From positions 186,001-250,000 of the forward strand of contig JAAOMT010000040.1 in NCBI GenBank assembly GCA_016748015.1: 64,000 bases of DNA, written 5' to 3'. Shown here in pieces: positions 13,201-26,400 of the stretch. Position 1 is the first letter of the stretch, and every line of letters starts with the position of its first letter. A model generated the notes under the pieces. It was not told the DNA's origin and did no database searches. It saw only the letters and a list, made by a program, of their open reading frames with translations. Position numbers and translations under genes: made by a program. This DNA comes from Geosiphon pyriformis uo1 (Eukaryota > Fungi > Glomeromycota).

Positions 13201-16200
13201 TTGGATTGTGCTAGATAAAAACTATTGAATACATCCCTATTATTACTGTAAACTGTACTACCAAGAGTGTTTTGGTTACCCAAAACAACAAAGAAAATGG
13301 AACAATAAACCATGTTTTGCTTGTGGAGAAATGCTACTTGACAAAAAAATGTGAAACAATATTTCTGATTAAAGAAGAACATACAATACATTATGTTGAT
13401 ACACAATTCTAATAAGTGACTGAATGAGCCAAAGAATATTTTTTAATGTCATATAGAACTAAGTACTATTATGCTTAAATGGCTATCTCCATAATGAAAA
13501 TAAAATTTGGTAAATAGCCAATGCCAAAATTAAAGATGTATCACTCAGTAAAATATTAATAATCAAAAACAACCTATTAGAACTAGTTAAGACCATTCTT
13601 ATTTCCAACTCAAACACATTTTTTAATATCTTAAGCAATTTAAAACAATTCTATGAACATTATCAAAACCTAGCACCTATTAGAAAAAAGCAAAAGTAGT
13701 ATTTAAAACAGCTAAATACAAGACTCTATAAATACTGTTTAATTCCTAGTGACTTCAAATATTGTAATAATTGTAATTTTATTTACAATCTACTACCATA
13801 CATAATCTATTTAATTTTTAAGGAAGAAAACCAATCAGCGAGTGCACAGCAGAATCAGAATTGAATTTCAATTCTAATTTAGACTCCAACAATAATGACA
13901 ACAATAATTTCAACTCTGTTTACTATGGCAACAACAATAACAATTCAAATTCTAATTATAACTCTGAACAATATATCATGCTCTTAGATTTGTTAATAAA
14001 ACAGAAACTAAAATAGTTTAACAATAATAAAAAAAGTATTATGTCAGAATGCATACATAATACTAATACAGGATTTGATTTCAGATATTCAGAAAAAATG
14101 GCCATCAAATTAAAACCACATTTACACATCAGCATTAATTTAAAAATAGCACTGGAAATTTCAGCAACAACAATGATTTAATTAGCATTAAGATCTAGTT
14201 TAGTGAAGAAAAGAATCAATATTAGAAAAGAAATAATTAATGCAAAATATATGGAAAATATTATTGCAATGTTACAAAATAAATCAAAAAAAACCATATA
14301 TAATTAAACCAAATAAAAAGATAGCACAGACAATATTCTTACTTCTGATGAAAATAGCTCAATTAGTATTAGTGAGAACAAGAAAAAAATTAGAGATTAC
14401 AGTTAAAAGAAAAAATGGATTCAAATCTACAAGTAAAATAGATATACCAGTTAATATGGCAGAAAAAAAAGCAAATAATAAAGAAGAAATTATTTCCACC
14501 TATCAATTAGTTTTTATTTCACTATATAACTAGTACATATTAATAATAATAAAAAAGATAAAGGATTAGCTTCAGATTTTTAAAGCAGAACCAACTATTT
14601 GTAAATCAAAAAAAATTGGAATTACCAATCTTTACATACTGACCAAGAACTGAAAACACATCAAAATTTCTATTTATAATACAATAGAAAACACTATTAA
14701 ATTATTAAACAGAACTACCATCAGATATTTAAGCACTGAAGTTAAAAACCAACCACTAAACACCATTTCAGATTTTCCACAATTGTGTGAATATGTAAAT
14801 ATTATATCACAAATCATATATGGACAAAAAAAATGTTATTTGCTCCAATTAGAACAATTAGACCAAATGAACTTGAAAAACTTAGACTTACTTCAATATA
14901 TACAGCTCAAAATATTACTTAACAATTTCACTAACATTTTTGCCAGTAAAAATAAATTTGGCAGAACTGACATTATTCAGCATCAGATTAAAACTGAAAA
15001 TACTATGCCAATCAAACAATGAGCATACTGAGTACTATTAGCAAGCCATGAAATTATTTGACAAAAAATTAACAGAATATTAGACAACAGATTAATTCAA
15101 TTATTAATAAGTCTATAGTCATTACTAGTGGTACTAGTCCAAAAAAAAATGGGAAAATTTGCTTTTGTATGGATTACAAAAAGCTCAATAGTATAATTTG
15201 TGAAGACAGTTATCTAACTCCACAGATTCAAGAATTATTTAATATATTTGGGAAAAAAAATAGTTTTTAATATTGCATCTAAACAGTAATTACTGGCAAA
15301 TAGCTATGAATTCAGCTAATAAAGAGAAGACAGTATTCACAACCAAAAAAGGAAACTTTGAATTTAATGTTATGCTTTTCGGCTTAATAAATGCTCCAGC
15401 CACTTTCCAATGACTTATAAAAATTGTCTATATCACATTACTATAAAAATTAGTAATAGTTTATTTGAACAACATTAATGTATTTTCAAAAACATTTGAC
15501 AATCATCTTTATTATTTCTAACAAGTGTTTAAAAGACTAAAAAGAGCCAGACTAAAGTTAAACACTATAAAATACTTTTTTGGCAAAACAGAACTGAAAT
15601 TTTTAGAACATGTCATGAGCAAAGATGGCATCAAAACAGATTCAGATAAGATTGAAATTGTCAAGAACTTTTTAATATCAACAAATCTTTTAGAATTAAG
15701 AATATTCTTGGAATTTGCCAAATACTATTACTATTTTATCCAAAACTTCTCCAAACTGGCTCAACTATTTTACCAGCTTTAAGCAAAAAATGTGAAATAT
15801 GAATAGACTAAAACCCAATAAGAAGCTTTTGACATCTTAAAAAAAAAGCTTATCTAAGCACTAGTATTAGTCTATTTAGATTATAGCAAACTATTTATTA
15901 TTACTACCAATATATTTGGTCAAGCATTGAGAGCAGTATTATTACAAAAAAAAATAAATAAAAAAAAACACCTAGTAGCATACATCAGTTAAAGCTTAAG
16001 CTCAGCTAAAAAAAACTATGGAACTTTAGCATTAAAACATTTGGCTATCTATTGGACTGTCATTAAATAGAAGAAATACTTGAGTTAAAAATTTGATGTA
16101 TACACTAATCACAAAGAATTAATATCAATCCAGAAGCAAAAATTTGGAGATGACTACCATACAAGATAGAAAATAGAACTATTACTATTTAATTATACAG

Positions 16201-16265
16201 TATATTATAAAAAAAAAAAAAAAAATGGAAATACTGATAGTTTGTCACAAATAAAACAAATCTAA
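10248..16265 (+). pseudogene. Element A gag-PR-Cys-rich-dUTPase-RT-RNaseH (many stops and frameshifts)
   Basis: Capsid (WLNNIVKAITTNNWND), PR (LILNSR, from DSG), dUTPase remnants at ~14040-14434 (GFDFRY, RSSL, KIAQ, GFKSTS), RT (FGLINAPATFQ, YLNN from YLDD), RH ending in NTDSLS. Confidence 0.85.
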
Positions 16266-16295
16266 AAACATTTTAACCCAAAAATATAACAAAAA

Positions 16296-17668
16296 ATGAA
16301 TACACAAAAATATCAACAACTTTAACATTATATTAATACTCAAAAGTTTAAGAAGAAATTATCTCAAAAAAAACAAAACAATAATCAAAATATTTTATTA
16401 CTTATTAAAATATATTATACCAAAAAAACAGAAAATATCCAGATTAGTTATTCAAAGTTATCACAGAATCAGAAAAAAAAACAATACTATTTAATATGCA
16501 CTCAGATCCAACAACAGAACATTTTCATAAAGAAGCAATCATAAAAAAAACCAAAAAAAAATATTATTGGCCATCCATATATCCAAATATCATCTAGTAT
16601 GTTTAAAACTGTGATGTTTGTTAGAAAAGAAAAGGAACAAGACCCAGTAAACCACTAAAACCAATTAAAGTGGAACAACTATTTGATTAAATTAGAATTA
16701 ACTTAGTTAGACTATTAACAATAATTAACAAAAGCAATTGGTACATAGCAGTAGCTATGAACTATTTCACAAAATGACCAAAAGCAAAAGCAATACAAAG
16801 AGCAGATGCAAAATTCATAGCCAAATTTGTTTACCAAGATTTAATTTGTCAACACAAATATCCAAAAGAATTGTTATCAAATCAAAAAACTTATTTTGTA
16901 AACAGAATGTTAACAGAATTAAGTCAAAAATTTGGAATTAAAAGATCATTATCATTACTATATTATTCACAAACAAATGGTTTAGCAGAAAAATTCAACA
17001 GAACATTATATAAAACAATAACAAAAATTAGCCAAAAAAACCAGGACAAATGAAATTTGTTTATATTATTAATACTATTTGCTTATTAAACAATAAAACA
17101 AGATATTACACAAGTAACACTATTTAAACTTGTTTATAGTAAAACAGCAACATTACCAGTTAAGATAAACATTAACATATATTTAACAGAACCAATAACA
17201 AAAACCAACATTTAAAGAATATTGTTAAAAAAAACATACAAATTAATAGAAAAATTAGAAAACAAAAGATAAAGAACAGCTAATAACATTCAAAGATCAC
17301 AAAAAAAACAAAAAAAATAACATAATAACCAATTACCAGACAAACCAGTTGAATTCAAAATTGGAGACAAAGTATTTTTATATCATACTAAAGCAAAAAA
17401 ACAATGAAGTGGAAAGTTCAACTCCAAATGAGATAGACCATTTTACATTAAAGAAATTTTAAAAAATAGAGCTTATAAATTAAAATAGAACAACAAAATT
17501 TTAGCTAAAACAGCACATGAAGATTAATTAAAATCATATTACAATATAGTATTATTATCTATCAATAATATTCCACAACTGGAAGTACAAAAAATACCAG
17601 TTAAATCAGATGAAATTTTACAAGATTTAGAACCAATTATTATTATTAAAGCAAACATGTTGAATTGA
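16296..17668 (+). pseudogene. Element A integrase
   Basis: Starts MNTQKYQQL. HHCC remnant (MHSDP..H...CDVC), rve core (QTNGLAEKFNRTL), C-terminal tail LEPIIII. Confidence 0.85.
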
Positions 17669-17723
17669 TTGATCAAAACAGTATATAAAGAAACAGCACA
17701 CATAACAAAAACAACAAAAAAAG

Positions 17724-18392
17724 ATAAAAATCACTAATAATATCTATTCACTTGCATAACAACTATTACAACTGATTCAACAACAGAAATCAGATCTGGA
17801 AATTATTATTAATAAACACATAATTTAATACAAGGACAAAAAAATAATGTGAAAAAACCAAACCAAAGAGTGATATTTTAGACATCACACTTTTGAGAAC
17901 ACTATAGATAAGATAATAAAAAAGATAAAAAAACATTAGAAGATCCAATAATACTAATACCAAAAGAAGAATTGATCTTAGAAAATTGGAACCAATAGAT
18001 ACAACAAAATCTAAAAAACTTTTGTTACTATTAATTAGGACAACAATTAAGTATTAAAAACTTATATATTGACAAAACAAAAAAAAAATTTGATTTAATT
18101 CAATTACAACAAATTGAACAACTTGTCAGAAAAAACAATTTATTTACATATGTAAGAGCCATTTACTAATTACAGATAAAATTTTGAAACAAACCAAAAA
18201 TATTACTACATTTGACAATAAATATTATAACAATTAATCAATTGAAAAAATTAACTAATGCTCAATTTGAAGAATTACAGACCAAAATTACAAAAGCTAT
18301 TCTAAAAAAAGAAGTTATAAAGTTAATTTAAGAGAAAAATCTATAAAGTTTAAAAAATTTTGATAAAGCTCAATATTAAAAAAAGAGAATAA
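17724..18392 (+). pseudogene. Element A ORF3 (decayed homolog of 41138-41857)
   Basis: Translates as YSLA-QLLQLIQQQKSDLEIIINKH, FCYY-LGQQL, ITINQL-KLTNAQFEELQ; aligns with ORF3 of D and G. Confidence 0.7.
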
Positions 18393-19320
18393 TGTTACTT
18401 ATAGAAAGTAGAAATATTATTATAGTTAGAAGAATAGCCAATCAGAAATAGGTATAATAATAGAAAAATTCCAGAATTTTTCTAAGAGAATTGTAGGATT
18501 CTAGAATTCCAAAATTCCAGGATTCTTTATAAGGAATTGCAGAATTCTTCTGAAAAAATTACAGAATTCCAAGAATCTTGTATAATACCAACTATGTATA
18601 TATAACAGTAGCATTAAAAGCAAGAAAAGTATTTAAGCAGATTCAGAATTCAGTTTCTTTTCAGTTAGCATCCCTTTTCTTATCTATTAATCTTTATTTT
18701 ATGAATAATTAATATTTACTAAAGTGAATTCATTAAAAATATCAAATAAAACATATTTATTATCATCCAATTCATGTTGCTATTATTTGTTTGAAAATTC
18801 AATCACTCTTCTATTTTTATTAACACTTCATGTTGATAACATCCAACACTTAACCATACTGAAACAATAACTCTTAATTATAACTATTGATGAACTACTA
18901 ATTCTTATTTTTCTTTTCTTATTTTTATTATTATTTTTTATTTTCTTTGTTGTTTTGTTAATTTACTAACTAATTAAAGAAATTAAGTGCTAAGTAATTG
19001 ACATTAAAAATAGTCTGATAAAAGATCCAAAAATAAGAATATAAAATTTATAAATTAATAGATAGCTTACCAGAAGAGCACAACTGCCAGAATAAACTGG
19101 CTATTACACTGAAAAAAGAAATTTAACAGAATAATTATTCCAAGAGACTATTAATACTATTATTAAATCTCTGTCTATTATACAAAAGACTCCACCAAAA
19201 CCTTCAAATATAAAATCTTTAAATATGAAAATCTTTAGATATTATCAACAATACCAGTTATTAAGCATCAAGTTATGGATTTGTTATTTATTTCCATACT
19301 CCAAATAATCACTTGTAATA
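18393..19320 (+). repeat. 3' LTR of element A
   Basis: TGTTAC start directly after the PPT; ends GTAATA; direct repeat of 9366-10247. Confidence 0.9.
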
Positions 19321-20757
19321 ATGGTTTTCTAGTTTAGCTTTAAATGTCAATTATTAATAATTTTTTTATTATAAAATCAAGATATAAATACAATAATAAG
19401 TAAAAGTTTAGATGTAACCACTAGTAATAAAACTGTTATAAAAGCAAATTTTTTTGATTTGTCAATTATTTCCAAATTAGAGGACAATATAAACAATCTG
19501 TTAAAAATATTTATGAATCTGCTAGCCAAAATAGAAAATAAGAATTTGAGTTCAAACATTTTTATTCAACAATGATTAATCTGATTTAGAAAATTGCTAT
19601 ATATAATGTTTATAGTATTAATATTTTTGCTAAACAAAATGCTATTGTTTATTAGCATTTAGACTCAAATAACATGATTTTTATCATTACAAAAACAAAA
19701 TTGAGATTTAATATTAACTTATAAATTATATATAAGTTTGATGAAATCTGGATTTTTACATCTGATTTGAATATGAATTTTTTTTAATGCTAATATGGCA
19801 TTTATTATAAACAGTTTTTTGGCTTATTATGTTTTAAAAGTTGATAAAATTCCAGATAGAATTATTTTGATTTGACTTTTGTTTAAGAATAAGCTCTCAG
19901 TTATAGTTTTGGAGTTATATACTAATACTTTTGTTAAAACTAGATTTGAGTAAGCATTAAAGATCAATTTTTTTATTGCCAAGACAGTTAATTTCAGCAT
20001 TTTTGTGGTTTTGAACAGAGATTTTAATAAGAATAGATCCAAAAAAAATGCAAGTTTCAAATTTTGTTTAGATATAAATTTAGTTAATTTACTTAATAAA
20101 CATTTACTAATTAAGATCTTTATTTAGAGCAATTTTAGGAGTGTTAAAAAGATAATAAATTTTGTGTTTGTAAACAAAAACTTAGCTTTTGCAGTTACAG
20201 ACCACAAGATTAATAATGTGTCTAAGTTTTTTAATATAAACTATAAAGCAGTCTTAGTTTTAGCCAATTTGAATAGTCTTTTAAATACTTGTTTTAATAA
20301 TATTCGTAAGCAAACCAATAAAGATTAATAGAAGTTTAAAATAAAAAATGCAGATAATATTAAGTAGATAAAATTTAAGGAGTGTTTTTTTACTAAACTG
20401 TTGACAGTATTATATGTATTTAAGAAAGTAAAAAATTATGGTGATTTAGAAATAATATAAGAAATATTAAGAGAAGTCATAATATATTCTACTAATATGA
20501 TGTTTTTTAGATATTAATATAGTAAATATTATTGCTTAAGGAGCAAACAATTATTGAAATTTTTCAAATTAGAGCTGTTTATTGTTAAAATTGTAAAAAA
20601 ATTGAATTTAAAAGATTTTTTGAAATTTGAATGTCTTGTTAAAACTTAATTAATTGTTAATTATATTAAAACTTTTAAAATAATTAACATAGTTCAAAAT
20701 AATATGAAATTAAAGAACATTATTAAATATCTATTAGTAATTAAAAAAAAATATTAG
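19321..20757 (+). mobile_element. LINE continuation: end of ORF1 plus decayed APE endonuclease of ORF2
   Basis: KIAIYNVYSIN (from IAT-NVRG), IITKTKL (from ETK), VVLNRDFN (from GDFN), KIINFVFV (from TIDFIF), NINYKAV (from DTDH): APE motifs in the expected order, eroded by G>A/C>T. Confidence 0.7.
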
Positions 20758-21408
20758 TATTACAGATGATTATTTAGAATATTAAAATAAATAACAAATC
20801 TGTAACTTGGTATTTAATATCTAATTATAATATTAATTTCCAAAGATTTTTATAATCTAAAGATTTTGTTTAAGTTTTTTGTATAATAAACAAAGTTTCA
20901 CTAGATAATGTTTTTTCAAATTTTTTTCTTCAGCATAAAACCAGTTTAATCTGGCAGTTATGCTTTTTTAATAAGCTATTCTTAAGTTTTTACTTTTGTT
21001 TTATAGAATTTTTATTAGATTATTTTTGATGTCAATATTTTAGTGCTTAATTTTTTAATTAATTAGTAAATAACAAAAAAATAAAATAAAATAAAATAAA
21101 ATAAAATAAAATAAAATAAAAATAAAATAAAATAAAAATAAAAAAAATAAAAATAAAATAAAATAAAAATAAAAAAAATAAAAAAAATAAAAAATTAATA
21201 TTTTGTTAATAGTATAATTAAGAGCTATTATTTTAGTATACAAAATTTCTTAAAATTTTTTAATTCTTTAAGAAAAATTTTAAAATTCTGGAATTATGAA
21301 ATTTTAAAATTCTTTAAGAGAAATTTTAAAATTCCTCTTTTTATTATGCTTACTTTTAATTAGCTGTTTTTATTTAACTATTATAACTTCTATCTTTTAT
21401 AAGTAATA
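20758..21408 (-). repeat. 3' LTR of element B
   Basis: Reverse complement of both A LTR ends; PPT complement TTATTCTCTTTT follows at 21409. Confidence 0.8.
21075..21190. repeat. (AAAAT)n microsatellite expansion inside the B LTR
   Basis: Directly visible pentanucleotide run; corresponds to the T-rich tract of the A-type LTR. Confidence 0.9.
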
Positions 21409-22483
21409 TTATTCTCTTTTTTAATATTAAGCTTCATTAAAATCTTCTAAATCTTCTAAATTTCTTAAATTTTCTTTTTGAATTAGTTTTATTACTTTTT
21501 TTTCTAGAATTGCTTTTGTAATTCTGGTTTACAATTTTTTGAATTGAGTATTAATTATTTTTTTAATTGATTAATAATTATTGTATTCATTGTTAAATAT
21601 AATAATATCTCTGAACAGTCTTAAAATCCTATTTATAATTAGTAAATAGCTCTTACATATGTGAATAAATTGCTTGTTCTTACAAATTGTTCTATTTATT
21701 ATAATATAATTGAATTAAACATTTTTTTAGTTTTATCTGTATACAAATTTTGAATGTTCAGCTTTTGTTTTAACTAATAGTAACAAAAGTTTTTGGAAAA
21801 TTGTTGTGTTTATTGATTTTAATTTTTTAAGATTAATTTTTTATTTGGTATTAGTATTTTTGTGGTTTTTAGTGTTTTTTTCACTTTTTTTATTATTTTG
21901 TTTATTGTGTTTCCAAAAATATAATATTTATTCTTTTGTTCTGAATTTTTTGTGTTATTTTTTTGTTCTTAAATTGTATTGATTATTTGTTAATTGTTAT
22001 TTTCAAACTTGATTTTTGATGTTAAATAAATTGTAATAATTGCTATATTAGTAAATAAATGTTGTCAATAATTTTCATTTTTACTATAATTTTTGTCATA
22101 TGTACTGGTTTTTTATATACTATTCTAGTAGATTAATTTGATATGTTTTTTTTAATAATTATAATTGGTTCTAAATCTTGTAAGATTTTATTTAGTTTAA
22201 TTAGTATTTGTTGTACTTTTAGTTGTAAAATAATATTGGTGAAAGATAATACTATATTGTAATATGGTTTTAGTCAATTATTATGTGTTGCTTTGGTTAA
22301 AATTTTGTTGTTTTATCTTAACTTATAGATTTTGTTTTCCAGAATTTTTTCAATATAAAATAAATCATTCTATTTGAGATCAAATTTTCTATTTTATTGT
22401 TTTTTTGCTTTGGTATAATATAAGAATACTTTGTCTTCAATCTTAAATTTAACTGATTTGTTTGATAATTAGTTATTATATTG

Positions 22484-23455
22484 TGTTATCAGTAGAATTT
22501 TAGCTATTAATTAGCATGAAATTACCCTTATAATTCCTATTATTGATTAACATATATTATTATTATTTCGAATATCATTTATTATTTAATCAAATTATCA
22601 AATATTATTACTCAATCAATAATTCGATTTGTACCATAGAAATTAAGATAATCAAATTACACAATACTCTGAACTATTTAACATAGTCAAAATTTACCGA
22701 AATTAATGAAAATTGGCCGAAATAATCAATAGTTTAGTGAAATAACTTGTAGTTTGCTAAAATATATCTTTAGTTTACCCAAATTGTAGCAAAAAGAAAA
22801 GTGCAAGTTCAAAAACTAGTACTACAACAAATTGTATAAAAGAAGAGCTTTTCTCTTCAAGAAAATATATCTTATTATAGTATTTTATCATAGCATTTTA
22901 CTTTAGATATCTTAATTAAAACAAATCACCTTTTATACATTCAAATAAAAATTAAATATTTAAAAAACAAATTCTTAAAATTATTACACTTAAAATTCTC
23001 TCAACACAACTAATGTTTTAAAATTGATTAGCTACCAATTTCAATAAAACTGTTAGTGACTTCAGATCTGAATAAAAAACATTTCCCTTGATAAAATCCT
23101 ATTTTTTTTACATTTTTTTTAATTTTCTTTTATTTTCTTATTACAATTATTAGGGTAGCCTACAGACGAAATTCCTGTAGAAGAGTTGACTTTTACAGCA
23201 AAGTAACTACACATTTTTAGTGAGCTTTCAGATGAGCAATTTCTGAGAAAAAGTTGACATTTACTACAATATAACTATACAAAGTAACTGGTACAAAATT
23301 GGTCATTCCATTTATAAGCCCAGTAATTCAAATTATAAGAAATAATTTAAAGATAAATTCAGTTACTGGAAGTCCAACTACTTCCTGAAAACGTAAATTT
23401 ACAGCAAATCAACATTAACAACATTTAAGAAAAGAGACCAAAACCTTTGGTAACA
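22484..23455 (+). repeat. 5' LTR of element C
   Basis: TGTTAT...GTAACA; direct repeat of 31377-32348. Confidence 0.92.
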
Positions 23456-26400
23456 TTTGATGCTTTTCCACGAAAATAACACAACAATAACAACTTCAAA
23501 GTGGTGACCACACCAGACACAACAACTCTAGAGTATTATCAGTCAATTTACATCCATTGCAAGCAAAAATTCAACATTCCAGACGGAATTAAAATTGTTA
23601 AGAGGACACTTTACCAGTATATTGAAAATTGCATCAACAATTATCTTCTTAGAAATTACAATATTTCAGAAATTAAAAGCAACTTCTACAATAATTTAGT
23701 GTACTATTCACAATTGGAAACTGAAAACCTTAACAGTGAAACACTTGCCACCTACTTTCAAAAACTTAATTTTAACATTATCAAGTATTGTGAAGAAACA
23801 TATCCAGTACAGTCTAAATACTCTATTGACTTTGAATCAGAGATGAAAACAAGCAACAAAGGCAAACAAAAACTAAAACAACACTCAAGTACCACCCCAA
23901 ATACTCCAAAGGCACCAAAGACAATTGCCAAACACTTATAAACACCTGAACAAGGAACCAGTATCAAATTACCACTTTCTATTACACCATTTCTAATTTT
24001 ATTTGCTCGATCACAAACACCAAATTTACCACTTAACCATTTTTCCAGACCAGAAGATTTTCAGTCACCTAAAAATTCTACTTAACAGCAGAAACCAATA
24101 TCAACCAGCACTAATCTTCTTGATTACTTACAGAAAAACGAAAATAATTATTCAGAGAACTTAAAAAGTAAAGAAACTGAATCAGAACCAGAAGAAATTA
24201 CAGAAAACAAAGAAAAAATGGCAATTGCTTACATTGCAAAGATTCCAGAATTTACTGATAAAGATAATAATACCAGCTTTCAAGAATGGCTTGACAAAGT
24301 TCAAAAAGCAGGAGATGCAAATGGTTGGAATGCAGCAAAAATGCTCAAAGCAATCTCATATTTTCTCCAAAGAACTGCAAGAAAATGGTTTGAAAACTTA
24401 GAAGAACCATTTAAAAACTGGCAAGCATTCAAAAATGCTTTCTTGCAACAATTCACTGACAACAACACCTCTATTACTCTCTGCAATCACTTTTGAAATA
24501 TCAAGCAAAAAACATCTGAAACTGTTATAACCTATTTTGGGAAATTCAACAAACTTCTTTGACAAATTTGACAATTAGAAACCAATAAATACTATTTCAA
24601 TGCTCAGATTTTGGATCAGTTTATAGCAGGATTAAAAGACAAGTTAATTAAGAAAGTTTGCTCACATGCTCTAGAAGACTTAGCAACAGCCATTAGATAT
24701 GCAAAGAACTATGAAATAGCAATAGAAGAAGCAAACCATACCAAACTTGTGAATCTTGCTATTGGAGAAACCAGCTTAGCAGCTGAAAAAAAAATTGACC
24801 AACTTACAAAAAAGGTTGAGAACTATTTTACTAACTAGCAACAACAGCAACAACCCTAAAGATATTAGTCACCACAATGACAAAACCAAACCAACTATTC
24901 ATCATCATCAAATAGTCAAAACCAAAGTTGTTATTATTGTGAGATTTCAGAACATTGGAAACAAGATTGCAAAAAGCTACAAAAAGGCCAACAAAACAAA
25001 AATAATTAACATTACTCTTTAACACAGCAATCTTATTACCAGTCTCTACCACCAGTCTACTATTCAAGACCCCAACAGCAGAACAACTATTATCAGTCTG
25101 CTTCACAGCAGCAATATCAACAATCTCTACCAATTCAACAGTATTAACAGCCACCTACACAATAATACCAAGTACCTGTCCAAAGATTGGTTCAACAAAA
25201 CCAATTTACACTTCAAAATCAATTTCAGAATAACAACAACAGAATCAACCCAAACAACCAGTTAATTTCCCGAAATTCTGGTTAGCAAAGACCCAATCAC
25301 TATTACACTCAACCCAGTTATCTCACAATGTCTGAAAAATCGAATTTTCAACAAACTGCACTTTCTAAAGGTGAAGTTACAGCACCAAAATTAAATCCTT
25401 CTAACAATACTATTTCACCAGCCCAAATTGCCCAAAATGCCAACCTTTCAGATATATTTTCATTCGAATTTAAAGCAAATAAATTACCATTCTTGCTTAG
25501 CAATACAGTAGTTAATAAACAAAAAGCAATCACAGCTATATATACAAAAGCTAAAGTAGAAAAAAAACCAATTCAGTTAATCTTAGACAGTAGATCAGCT
25601 GGAAGTATTATTATCTATCAGTTAATACAACAGCTTCAAAAAACTGTTGACAGACCAGCCCAAACTGTAATTGTTACAACAAATGGTATAAAAAAGACAC
25701 CAGTAGAAGAAATTGACAACTTTCTATTCACTATTAATGAAATTACCATTTTAGTCAAAGTTTTAGTCATGGATGTACCACAATACCAAGCTCTTGTCAG
25801 AAATAATTGGCTTCTTAAGGCCAATGCAAATTTAGATTGGGAAACCCAGAAATTGAAGATTTTATATTAAGAACAATACACCAGAGTACCTGTCATCTGT
25901 AGTATTTTTAATAAAAGATCTAGAAAAACCCCAGTATTCGAATTTGAAGAGGAAAAAGAACTACCAATTACTGAAACCTTTATGGCTCTTGGATCAACAT
26001 CCAGTTGGGCTAAGGAAACAGAACAAGAAATCTTTGAAAAGACCAGAGAATGGAATGTAGTTAGATATTCCACACCAGAACCACGGAAACAACCACCTTA
26101 TATTTCACTTAAATGCAAAGATTGCAACAAAAAACTTTTATCAATGAAAGCATGTATTTTTCCAGAAGAGAAATATCAAACTTGCATCTGCTACTTTTGC
26201 AAAGCATGTTATAGAGAACAATTTGAATACCCCAAAAGAAGTGAAAAATGAGACAACACTTCTTGTCTCACATATGGAGATATGCTACCAGAAGAATACA
26301 ACTGAATTGATGTTGCAATAAAAGGAAAAATATGTGATCAAACCTGTCAATATGCTCTATCAATTTCAGAAAAAGTCAAAAAAAGAACACTATTTAATGC

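Larger units (their letters stand above)
9366..19320 (+). mobile_element. Element A: full-length decayed Ty3/Gypsy LTR retrotransposon with dUTPase and ORF3
   Basis: Paired LTRs, degenerate PBS at 10248, PPT AAAAAAGAGAATAA before 18393, TSD ATAG/ATGG, domain order PR-RT-RH-IN. Confidence 0.92.

Noticed and set aside
21055-21243. Hydrophobic Phe/Tyr-rich ORF resembling a membrane peptide
   Set aside because: It is the translation of the (TTTTA)n microsatellite.
24831-25154. Recurrent antisense ORFs over gag (also 35262-35597, 49021-49251) and over dUTPase (26806-27123, 50954-51250)
   Set aside because: Explained by CAA-rich Gln/Pro coding on the sense strand giving stop-poor antisense frames; no independent evidence.
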